From the NCBI RefSeq assembly GCF_016433145.1, contig NC_058133.1:467209096-467272978 (forward strand): a stretch of 63,883 nt of DNA, written 5' to 3'. The translations under genes were made by a program, and so were the position numbers. The stretch comes from Gracilinanus agilis (lineage: Eukaryota). This document shows, in pieces, positions 49,802 to 60,648 of this stretch. The notes beneath the pieces are model-generated. The model worked only from the letters and a program-made list of their open reading frames with translations. It was not told where the DNA came from and made no database searches. Every line of letters begins with the position of its first letter. Position 1 is the first letter of the stretch.

Positions 49802-50422
49802 CAGTGATGGCAAACCTTTTAGAGACAGAGTGCCATGCCTTGCACTCACCCCATCCCCTAGACTGAGTGCCATGCCAGGCCCCCCCAACCAGAGACTGAG
49901 TACCACACCCTGCCCCTCTTACCCCAGACAGGGGAGGGAGAAAGCACTCCCTCTGGGCTGCTGGGCAGAGGGGTGGGTGATAAGAAGTATGTGTGGAGAG
50001 TGGCCCCAGTGCTCCATTCCCCTCCAACTCTGCTTTTCTCTAGCTATATGTCATGCTGTGAGCTATGCTCCCCTCAAATCTAGCTCCTCTCCAACCCTAC
50101 TCCGAGAATCACCTTTACCACAGACTCAAAAGACTGCTGTCTGTGCCACACCCTCTTGCAGCATGTGAGCTGCCCCGTGTCCCCCCACCCAGTGCCTTAC
50201 CCCAGATAGGAGAGGGAGGAAGCTCTCCAATTGGACTGTTGGGCAGAGGGGCAGGTGAAGTGAGGAATGTCCTCAGACACATAGAGAGGGGGAAGGAAAC
50301 AGCTCTGTTCCAAGTCTCTCTGGCTTTCTAGTAATGAACTCTGGTGGGCAACTTCAGGCATGCTCACAGAAAGGGCTCTGCATGCCCTTTTTTGCACATG
50401 TGCCATAGGTTTGCCATCACTG
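49802..50422 (+). mobile_element. Non-autonomous hAT (hAT1-like), 621 bp
   Basis: Perfect 16-bp TIR CAGTGATGGCAAACCT / AGGTTTGCCATCACTG; degenerate TSD ACTTGGTG/CCTTAATG (5 of 8). Confidence 0.9.
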
Positions 50423-50429
50423 CCTTAAT

Positions 50430-50660
50430 GAATAAAGCTCTGGGCCAGGAGTCAGGAGGACCTGAGATCAAATCCAGCCTCAGACATTAGTTGTGTTACC
50501 TTGGGCAAGTAAATCACTTAACTCTATTTGCCTTAATCCACTAGAGAAGGAAATAGGAAACCACTCCAATATCTTTCCTCAGAAAACTCCAAAGACAATA
50601 ATGGTATGCTGTGGTCCATGGGACCAGAAAGAGTCAGACATGATTGACTGACTGAACAAT
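50430..50660 (+). mobile_element. MAR1-type SINE
   Basis: GGAGTCAGGAGGACCTGAG...GAGAAGGAAATAGGAAACCACTCC. Confidence 0.82.
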
Positions 50661-51109
50661 AGCACTAATGATGAATCTAAGTAGTCTGTAGCATATGAGA
50701 AATGACATAAAAAGGATATTTTCAAGGACAGATATAACCAGAAAAGAAAATGAGTTGTTTAGTAAGGGGAGCCATGTCAAAAGTACAACAGATGGGCATT
50801 AAATACAAAATATTAAAAGGTCTAGAGGAAAGTCCTAATGTAGTGAATAAAATCTCCATTAGGAGAATAATTTAACAACACGAACTAAAAAGTATAGAGA
50901 AATTATGTTTAGCATGAGGGAAAGACATGCTTATACTATTCATATCAATAGACTAATCAGTTAATAAGGTCAACCTAATAGTTATCCAGAAAAGCCTTAC
51001 TCTGCCCAAATGAACTTTAAAAGCTGTTGATATTAGCTGTTCATTTTTCTTTTTTTTTTTATAAAGTTAGAAGTGGAAAGGACTTTGAAAATCTTCCAGT
51101 CCAATCTTC

Positions 51110-51326
51110 TATCTCCCTTCCTTTCATCCCTCCTTTCTTCCTTCTCTCCTTCTCTCCTTTCCTTCTTCTCTTCTTCATTCCTTTCCCTATTTCATTCCCT
51201 CCTTCCTTCTTTCCTCTTCTTTTCCTTCCTCCTCTCCCTCATTCTCTCCCTCCTTCCCTTCCTTCCTTCCTTCCTTTATTAGCCTACTTATTTATCTATT
51301 TATCCATTCATTTATTTGTTCTACCG

Positions 51327-51357
<31 letters not shown>
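51110..51357. repeat. (TTCC)-rich tract and (GTT)n
   Basis: Visible directly. Confidence 0.9.
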
Positions 51358-51359
<2 letters not shown>

Positions 51360-51377
51360 TCAAGAAATATCATGATA

Positions 51378-51588
51378 GGGGGCAGCTTGGTGGTTCAGTG
51401 GATTGAGAGCCAGTCCTAGAGACAGGAGGTTCAAATCTGGCCTCAGACACTTCCTAGCTGTGTGACCCTGGGCAAATCACTTGACCACCATTGTCTAACC
51501 CTTACCCCCCTCTTCTGCCTTAGAACCAATACCCAGTATTGATTCTAAGATGGAAGGTAAAGGGTTTTTTAAATAAAAAAAGAAAGAA
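51378..51588 (+). mobile_element. Opossum SINE with 16-bp TSD
   Basis: TSD AAGAAATATCAT(G/T)ATA at 51362-51377 and 51589-51604. Confidence 0.93.
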
Positions 51589-52516
51589 AAGAAATATCAT
51601 TATAATAAAATCTTTTTTCTAAAATTTCCATTTCATTTTCATTTGTTTCCTTTTCATATTAATTTATTTCTAAGCCTAAGATTTTCCCCAAATCTGGACT
51701 TCTAATTTTATGGATTCAGGGAATTCCCAGAATGGAAATTCCCTCCACTGATGTAGACTGGTAACTTCTGTAACTCATAGTCTTAGAGTATTGCTTGAGG
51801 TTCTGGGAAGTTAAGTGAGGTCATTGTGTTCTTAACAATTTGTGGAGGTGACCCCGGGTTCTTGTGAGCTGTATCAGAGGAGCAAGATTTCTGGCAGGTC
51901 CTACTAAACAAAAACAGCTAGAGGGTACCATAGTGCACAGGGTGCTTGGCCTGGAATAATGAAAGAATGAATTCAAACCCTGCCTCAGACATTTAGTAGC
52001 TGTGTGACTCTAGGCAAGTCACTTAACCTCTCCATTTACCTCAGTTTCCTCATTGTAAATTGGGGATAATAATACCTAAGGCTGCTGTACAGATCAATGA
52101 GATATTATTTTTAAAGTGCTCTGAAAACTTTACAATTCTTTATAAAGGTTGGCTATTGTTATTAAGCTAAAAAGGCTTCTAGTGCAGCTTAGGGACAGAC
52201 TATTTCTGTCATCTAAAGAATAAACCAATTGTGGAGAGATGAATATCATCAGAAGTTTTCCCATCAGGTAATTAATTTTTTCAGCCATTGCAGCTCCTGA
52301 TAACCATCTTCCAATGTGCCATCTGTATCAAAAGGGAGGAAATCACCCACCTTTGATGATGGGCAATTTCTTTTAATGCTCTCCCCATTTTCTGAAACTG
52401 ATATACCATATACTTTTCTATTTGCCAAGTTAATCCTGGTTCTAACAATAATTTTCTAGCTTCTCCCCTTCTCAGTCAAGCAACAGTTTGGATCATTTCA
52501 AGGTCCATGACAAACT

Positions 52517-52519
<3 letters not shown>

Positions 52520-52558
<39 letters not shown>
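52520..52558. repeat. (CA)n microsatellite
   Basis: Visible directly. Confidence 0.95.
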
Positions 52559-52561
<3 letters not shown>

Positions 52562-52894
52562 TTTAGTGACAACCCAGCTGGACGGAGAGATACAAATGAA
52601 GTGTGAGTAACTCCTTCTGAAAGCTCATTGGCAGGACTCGAGGATGAGGTCACTTGGCCAATCTAAAATAAGCCTGACCTCATCTGGTTTTAAAGAGGGG
52701 AGCAGGTGCAAGTTTGGTGAATACCATTTTTGGAGAGTGGACAATTTGGAAATACCTGAAATCCCATTTGTGATGCTCTACTCTGCTCTCATTGTGCAGC
52801 CTGGGAATTCCACTGAATCCAGAAGCTTCCTTTTGTTTTTCTTTCTCAAAGCTTAAGAATGTAACTGTGCTCTTTTTGTTAGAGAAAAGAACTG

Positions 52895-53790
52895 AAAACG
52901 AAGGAGGTGCTCATCATTTGGGGAATGGCCGCTGAACAAATTAGGTATGAATGTAATGAAGTACTATTGGACCACAGGAAATGAGGACAAGGATGATTTC
53001 AGAGAAACCTGGGAAGAAATGTATGAACTGATGCATATGGAAGTGAGCAGACTGCGTGAAAGATTTATACATAGTTACAAAGAACATTCTGAAAGACTTA
53101 GAGAAACAATGATGTAACCTGCTACCTACCATCTGAAAAAGAGATGATGGACTCAAGATGCAGACTGAGACACATGTTTTCAGTATGGTTAATAGTGGAA
53201 TTTGTTTTTCTTAACCAGGCATATTTATTATATGCAATTCATTTTTCTCAGACCCTCTTTCCCCCATCCCCAATCATCTAAGTGGAATGGGAGCTGGAGC
53301 GAAAGATAAGGTAGCCAAAAAAAGAAAAAAGAAAAAAAAGAAGAGACCTGGAGTATTTTTTAAGTGCACAGAAGAGAACAAAATGAAAGCTAGAAAGAAT
53401 CAGAAAAGCAACTTTGAAAGTTATGAGTTGGGGGACAGCTAGGTGGCTCAGTGGACTAACAGCTAGGTCTAGAGACAAGAGGTCCTGGGTTCAAATCTTT
53501 ACACTAACTAGCTTTGTGACCTTGGGCAAGTCATTTAACCTATTGCCTAACTCTTACCACTCTTCGGCCTTGCAACCCAATACACAGTTTTGATTCTAAG
53601 ATGAAAGGTAAGGGTTTTTATCATTTTTTTTTTGGTTTTGTGTTGAGTTTATCATGTTTTAAAAGAAAACCAACCTGTACATAGTAGAAATTCAGTTTCA
53701 TGTTCAATGCTTTTTTTGTTCTCTTATTAAAATGGAAATGTTCATTTAATGTGGTGTTTTTGAGCTTAAAATTTTTAGAAAAAAAGGGAA
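52895..53790 (+). mobile_element. L1 ORF2 end/3'UTR interrupted by a SINE
   Basis: GGGGAATGG..CTGAACAAATT...ATGTAATG...GATTTCAGAGAAACCTGGGAAGA.ATGTATGAACTGATGCA. Confidence 0.75.
53430..53617 (+). mobile_element. Opossum SINE
   Basis: GGGGACAGCTAGGTGGCTCAGTGG...TAAGATGAAAGGTAAGGG. Confidence 0.88.
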
Positions 53791-55004
53791 TATAGGTGCC
53801 AATAGTAGCCCTGCGACTATATATTTCATTCTCATTATCCCAGGTAATTGACTAGACTATAATTTAAAGATGAGCTCCTGACCTGCATTTATAAAGGGAG
53901 TTTCCATACCAGAAGTACCTTGTTCTGAGGAAACCAAAGGTTCAGTGCCTCACCCTCACCCAATTAAGAATAATAACTCACACTTATATCAACATCAAGG
54001 TCTATAAAAATTTAACTTTGACAACCTTTACTTGATCAATGGGTGTGGATAGCAGAAAAATTTGTTGATTTTATGGGTGAGGAAAAATAGGTCTAGGGAT
54101 ATCTCATTAATCATCACACAACATTTACCTGGCAGACCCAGAACTCAATTCCATTTTGTCAGAGTAGCCCAGGGGTTTTATTTGAACAAGATACTGCATA
54201 TTCCCGTTCTAGAGCTTAATTCTCAGTCCAGAGTTGATGATCTTGGGTCTTCTTGTGAAATACAAGCCTTTAAGAAAATGTGGACACTTATAGAACTACC
54301 AACACACTTTCATTTACTAATGGCTACAAATCTAAAAGTCTTTGTTTGTATGAACAATAAGCTCTGGAAGCATTATACAAAAGAGAGGACACAGTCTGCA
54401 TCCTCGAAGGGTGCCAGCATTACTGGGTCAACTGAACTGCAGAAGCCTGTCTGGTAAGGTGATAAGGGTAGGGACTATGTCTTCTCCTGAGATACTAAGT
54501 ATGTTATTATTGACTGGATGAATGAGTAACTAGTTCACAGTCTCCTAGGAGACCTAGCTTATTCATAGAATGAACCTCAACCTCTGGTATAGTCCTAAAA
54601 TCAACTCAACTCCCTGGGAGGCATCCAAATGGTCCATTATGACTTAATTTATTCAACACATTCATACCTGAGGATAAAACAAGAGACAACATGATCCTGG
54701 TCTCTTGGAAAACTCTGCTCACCTAACAGACTAAGGGTATTATCTAAAAACCAAGGGAGAGTCAGCTGGGAATTGCTACGTGATGATGGCTGTATTCTAG
54801 ATAGGCATGCAAGAAAGCATCTCAATCATGATGGATCAGTTTGCAGGGTGAACTGTGCTTTGGACTGATGATAAGTCCAAAGAAGATTGAAGTAATGTAC
54901 TAGCCTGCAAGCAGCACCATACATAGCCAAAATTTCATTTAGTCAGATAAAATGCTAAAAATAGCACTTGAATTTTGCTGTGTAGGCAGCACACTTAAAA
55001 AAAA

Positions 55005-55201
55005 ACACAAACAATGCTTACCTTCCATCTTAGAATCAATCCTATGTATTGGTTCCAAGGAAGAAGAATAGTAAGGGCTATGCAGCTGGGGTGAAGTGAA
55101 TTGCTGAGAGCCATATAGCTAGGAAGTGTCTGAGGCCAGATTTGAACCCAGGACCAATCTCTAGGTCTGGATTTAAATCCACAGAACTGCCTAGCTGCCC
55201 T
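55005..55201 (-). mobile_element. Opossum SINE
   Basis: CTTACCTTCCATCTTAGAATCAAT...CCTAGCTGCCC. Confidence 0.87.
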
Positions 55202-55549
55202 CATGGCAGCATATTTTTCATTAAATAGAAAAATACGAAACTGATTTTAAAAGGCTGGCTATATGGCAATGGACACCAGACGAAACTTAAATTATATAAA
55301 GGAGACTTTGCCATAAACTTTACAATCTTACCACCCTACTCAGCTTTAGACAGTGAGATAATATCAGCAAAAAAGGGTACTAGAATCAAACTGAAACCAA
55401 AGGCAATAAATTGGTTCATTTTCTAGTAGTGGAGTTGAAATTCAAACCCAGCCCCTCTGATGCTAAGTTAGGGATTTCTCCTACCATACCATGTTGCCTC
55501 TTCCAATTCTCTTCTTGTTAAGCATCCTTGGGTGCCATCAATGGACCCT

Positions 55550-55830
55550 CAAATAGTAAGGTCTTCTGATTATCCCTATTCTGCATGTGATCCAACTGAA
55601 AGAGGTTTTTCCTAAAATAAAATGCCTAGAATTGAGCGTAGTACTACAGACATGGTTTGATCAGGGCAGGGTACAGCAAGACTACTGCTTCAATCTTCTT
55701 GGATGCTACATTTTACTTAATTCAGCTTAAAATCACATTAGCTTTTTGGGCTTCCTTGTAACACCATTAATCCATATTTACTCTTAGCCCTCTAAAAGCT
55801 CTTTGACCATTTCACATGAACTGTCATCTA
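55550..55830 (-). mobile_element. CR1/L3 3' ORF fragment
   Basis: CAGCTTAAAATCACATTAGCTTTTTGGGC is the L3 AAAGCTAATG.GATTTTAAGCTG motif in reverse. Confidence 0.6.
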
Positions 55831-55831
55831 C

Positions 55832-55832
<1 letters not shown>

Positions 55833-55867
<35 letters not shown>
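55833..55867 (+). repeat. Pure A35 run
   Basis: Counted directly. Confidence 0.95.
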
Positions 55868-55869
<2 letters not shown>

Positions 55870-56458
55870 TGAGGAAAAATCACTAATATTTATGTAGCCC
55901 CATAAAGTTACCCAAGTGTTTTATTTAATCCTAACAGCACTCCTGTGAAATAAGTACCATTATTTTCCCCATTTTATAGAATCAGCTTGAATCACAAGCT
56001 AGTAAGTATCTGAGGCAAGATTTGAATTTAGGACTTTTGGACTCCAAGACCAGTACTCTAACCACTATGCCATGTAGTTGTCTTTATGTGACTTATTGAA
56101 AGTCACAGAGTTGATTAACAGCAGAACTAAGACTAGATCCAAGCCTCCTAGTTCTTAAGGAAGTATTTTTTCAAAAATATAGAACAAATGTCTTTCATTC
56201 TATTAAGCAAACCATTGCTAAAAATGTTAGTTAAGCTTCACTTAGGAGACTTTGCTGTATTTGCTGGGTTCAATGCAATAAATGTCACATTTCTAGATTG
56301 TACCATCTATAGAGTGGCTGCCTCACCTCTTTCATGTGACCACTCTCTATGACACTGTTAAATGCCTTTGGCCTCAGTGAGGTCCATGGTCACTCAACAA
56401 ACTTGGTCTAGTGATCCACATATTTAAAACAAAATGGATTTAGGTGGATAGTCCAATG

Positions 56459-56661
56459 CAGTGATGAGCAAACTATGGCCTGTGGACCAGATGCAGCCCC
56501 CTGAAATATTCTATCCTGCCTCACACATTATTCCTAATCTGATGAATACAATAAGAAGGATACGATACAATGAAACTTCTAAAGAGTTGCCTTAGAAACA
56601 GACTGACAGATGAGCATTTCCTTTCCTTTGGCCCCCTCTTTAAAAAGTTTGCCCATGACTG
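56459..56661 (+). mobile_element. hAT Charlie/Buster-group MITE, 203 bp
   Basis: TIR CAGTGATGAGCAAACT / AGTTTGCCCATGACTG (14 of 16); perfect 8-bp TSD GTCCAATG. Confidence 0.93.
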
Positions 56662-57074
56662 GTCCAATGAATACCCATATATCTTGGAGTGTCACAGAAG
56701 ACAGATACAGAGCTTTATAGAAGGGTGAGAAGGAGCTGGATTGAATCTGAGTTGTGCCATTCTATCAAAGATCCCAATCCACCTACCAATCAATCAATGT
56801 TTTTAGTCACCCATTATGTGCCAGGCACTATGCTAAGCACTGAGCATGCAAAGAAGCACTGGTCATGCAAAGGAGACAGTCCCTGCCCTTAAGGAGCTCA
56901 TGATTAGCTTGACTGCTACTAAATCCCATCTATTTAATACTTATCTTCTCCTGGTGATGCTAGGTGGCTACAAATCATGGATTGCTATTACCACTTTAGG
57001 GGATCAAAGTTGCAAGGGATGCCAAAGGCAATGGAAATGAGTAAGTTGAACACAGATGGGCTTTGTGGTGAATG

Positions 57075-57320
57075 GTGTACAAGGATCTTTGGAAAAGATG
57101 CCACTGAAGATGTGCATGACTGGAAGAGGAGGTAGGCAGTCAGGCAAATAGCCAGAGCACGTTTACTATATGGGATACTTTGAGCATTGTGTTGGTATCC
57201 ATGAAACCATTAAAAGATCCAGAGGAAAGATCCCAATAAATTGCCTGGATCACCCAATGAGATTTATGGAAAGATGTTGACAAGAATTGCACAGAATGAA
57301 TGCATGAATGAAAAAAATAA
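57075..57320 (+). mobile_element. RTE LINE 3' end
   Basis: GGAAGAGGAGGTAGGCAG...TTGGTATCCATG...AAGAATTGCACAGAATG. Confidence 0.6.
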
Positions 57321-57561
57321 ATAAGCCTCCCCCAAAGCATTTATTTAGCATTTACTATATGCCAGGCAATGTGCTAAACACTGGAAAAACAAAGAAAAAG
57401 CAAGATAGTGCCTGCCCTCAAGGATCTTATGTTCTAGTATTATGAGTTAAGAAGAATTATAAGGATTATAAGTTGTAGCAGGGTAGGAAATGCCAACACT
57501 GGTGAGATAATTGATCCATCCAAGTAATCCTGAGTCCAGATCTTAAATAATAAATCATTTG

Positions 57562-57566
<5 letters not shown>

Positions 57567-57603
<37 letters not shown>
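57567..57603. repeat. (CTAT)n microsatellite
   Basis: Visible directly. Confidence 0.95.
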
Positions 57604-58234
57604 TCATCCATTCAATCAGTATTTATTTTCAAATCATTACATGCAGAGTCCTGTTCTTAGTTAGATGCTCCCAGGAAGAATCATAGCTCTTCATTGATCC
57701 AATGAGAATATATTAATTAGATAATTGATATTAGTAATACATAATTCATATATTAATTAGTCAATTCATTCATCCACATAAATTAACTTTTCTTAAGCAC
57801 TGACTATGCAATGCATTGTCAATGCAATGCATAATACCCTAAGAGAGGTATTAGAATAAAGAAGTAATGATACTTGACCTCAGTATGTTTATAATCAATT
57901 CAACATGAAAAGACATAACTAAGATTACAATATAGATAAAATACACAAATTTATGGGGAGAGAAAAATGCTTTGATGTCAGATTACAAAAGATCATTTCC
58001 TGTTTGCTTCTGCAAAATGTCAGGGGGTAATTGATTTAGATATTTTGAAGTCATATTTAGGCTCCATTGATGGAATCACAATTCATATGCATTCATATAT
58101 AATACAATAATGTACTGCATAATTATTAACAACATATTATATTTATATTATGTGAAATAATTCCTACACATGGACATGTTAATAATAACATTCATACAGC
58201 ATTTTAAGATTTGCAAAATGCTTTCATATACATT

Positions 58235-58432
58235 TTTTCCAACCTTTACCTTCTGTCTTGGAATCAGCTTTCTGTCTTGGAACAAGGGAAAAGAGCGGTA
58301 AGGGCTAAGCAATGGAGGTTGAGTGACTTGCCCAGGGTCCCACAGCTTGAAAGTGTCTGAGGCCAGATTTGAACCCAGGACCTCCTGTCTCTGGGCCTGA
58401 CTCTCAAACCTGTGAGCCACTCAGCTGCCCCC
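58235..58432 (-). mobile_element. Opossum SINE with small tail duplication
   Basis: TTCTGTCTTGGAA occurs twice; CACTCAGCTGCCCC head. Confidence 0.87.
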
Positions 58433-59229
58433 TAATGTGCATTATTTCATTTGATCTTTGCAGCAACCCTGTGAGATAGTCGCTATTGTCTTCATTTTAC
58501 AGATCAGAGGCTTGTAGATCTAGAGCTAGGAGGAACTAACTTATTTTACAAATGAGGAAACCGAGGGCCAGGGAGGTACATAAGGATACTGCATGTGGTC
58601 ACATAGTTCTTAAGTGTCAGACACAAGATTAAAACTGAGGTTTGAGTTGGCTCTAAGTCCAGTGCTCTTTTCCCTGCCCCACACTGATTTTCTAGCATTC
58701 TAAGCCTTATCTGATTAGAATGAATGACCCGGACTGGGGAGGAGCACCTGCTGCTGGTAATTAGGTATAGTGGGATCAATGAGGATGGGATTCTGAAGCT
58801 CATAGTCAAGAAAGCATACTTAATCTGGGAAATTACCCCATTGGAGGGCTTTTACGAGTGGCATGCCTGAAAAATGAGGTAAGTGGATAATCTGGGGAGG
58901 AAAAGGGAATTTGGGAACAAAAGAGGGAAAGAGGAATTGTATCCTTTGCCCATATCCTCTTCTAGGATTTCATGCTTCCACAGTGCTAATGGGATTTGGC
59001 CACTCTAATGTTTCTCAACTTACCATCTTGGCTGAAGCTACTGGTCATGCAAGAATTCTCTTCATTTGAAAATCCTTCAGACTTTGTTATGAGGGGCTGC
59101 TCTTTGGGAGACATGCAAGTACACACCGAGATGATGTAAAAATAAACGCTATCCATAAAAATCTATTTGAAAAAAGAAATGTACAGGCCTTGGAAATATG
59201 GGCCTCTTGGCCCACTCATTGTGTAACTG

Positions 59230-59530
59230 AGTTCCAACAGCACAAGACTATATAAGAGGAGAGGAGAAAGGGTTAGAGACAAAACAGCCTTCTGCCACAG
59301 GGCTTGGGAATCTGTTAGGTATGGGGGAAGGTGAAGGAGAGTAAAGAGTCGGAATGATGCCCAAGTTGTGATCTTGGGTGCCTGGATAAATAATGTGTTC
59401 TTGTTAGGAGCAAGAGAGTTAAGACAAAGGATCTGTTTATTGGGAGAAAATAAGTTCATTTTCTTGGGCAAGGGGCATTTAAGTTTTGGGTTTTGCCCAG
59501 TGGAGTGGCGTGTAGGCTATGGGAATGGAG
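59230..59530 (-). mobile_element. LINE2 ORF2 fragment
   Basis: GAGTCGGAATGATGCCCAAGTTGTGATCTTGGGTGCCTGG...ATAAGTTCATTTT. Confidence 0.6.
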
Positions 59531-59714
59531 TTGGGAGGAGGGGAGGGAAAGAACATGAATCATGTAACCATGGGAAAAATTTCTTAATTAATTAATAATA
59601 AAAATTCCCAAGAAAAGTTTTAGTTTTAGTTTTTTATTTAGTTTTTTTTTTTTTACCAGGAGTTCTCATAGTCAGTAGTGCTGGTGATGAACATATTAAG
59701 TTAAATATAATGGT

Positions 59715-59990
59715 ATATACTCTGGTATACAAATGACATTATTATAATTATAGCAAGCCCCCAAATATTACAGTCTGAGGAGACGATGTCCTCATTAAGG
59801 AATGATATTCATAGCCACTTAAAGGAGTTGAGCATAACTATTAATACAGGAAAAACCAAATGGATGAGAAATGCCCTTTATCAGGTCTATGTCATAGAGT
59901 TGGATTGACAGTCCAAAGAGCTGGTTAGCCATTGTGGATATGACTTGGACAGTCATTGTGCATATACAACATGTGGGAAACAAAGCTGAA
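59715..59990 (+). mobile_element. RTE RT fragment
   Basis: ATTAATACAGGAAAAACCAAATGGATGAGAAATGCC reads INTGKTKWMRNA. Confidence 0.65.
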
Positions 59991-60411
59991 CAGAAGGAAA
60001 AGAACAGGCTATAGTTTATTTAGGAAGATGTGCTATCCTTTTACTCGATTAATTAATTACAAGCCCAATCTTTTCTATGACACAAAATCTCACCTTTTAA
60101 GACCAATATCTTCTCTGTAACTACAAATCATGGAATTTAACAATTTCTGAAGAATTAGAATTATAGGTGACTCAAAAGGCAAGGGTAAAGAAAGACTCAT
60201 GGTAGACGTAAACACACTGTCATATATTGGCATTCAGGAACAATGAGTAAGAAATAGAATAAAAGATTTCATTACAGAAATATGTGAACAGAAAAGGAGG
60301 GTCAGTCATATGGCAAGTAAGAGGAAGGAGAACAAGCATTTATTAAGCACTTACTATGTGTCAGGAATTGTTCTAAGTGCTTTATCTCATCTGTCCCTTA
60401 CAACAAGCCTG

Positions 60412-60648
60412 TGTTAAGATTAAAATTAATGTACAGTAACTATTATATTTTATAAAGTTTATTAATAATAACTAAAGTAAAAAGCTAGAGTAAAAAGGCA
60501 GCTAAGCAAGCTGCAGTTGTGGGAAAAGAGAGAGAGGGCACAGCTTACAGCAAACTTATAAACAACACATGAAGATGCAAACGTGGGGGCACAGGGAAAG
60601 AGATGCTGAGAGATGAAGTCTAAAGGTTCAAGATTTCTAATTAATACA
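60412..60648 (-). mobile_element. Solo LTR, same family as 47461-47705, inserted in a MIR
   Basis: TG...CA ends; TSD CCTG at 60408-60411 and 60649-60652; removing it restores MIR CAACAAGCCTGTGTGGTAGG. Confidence 0.9.

Noticed and set aside
47461-60648. The two LTRs as ends of one provirus
   Set aside because: Opposite orientation, different TSDs and no gag/pol between them.
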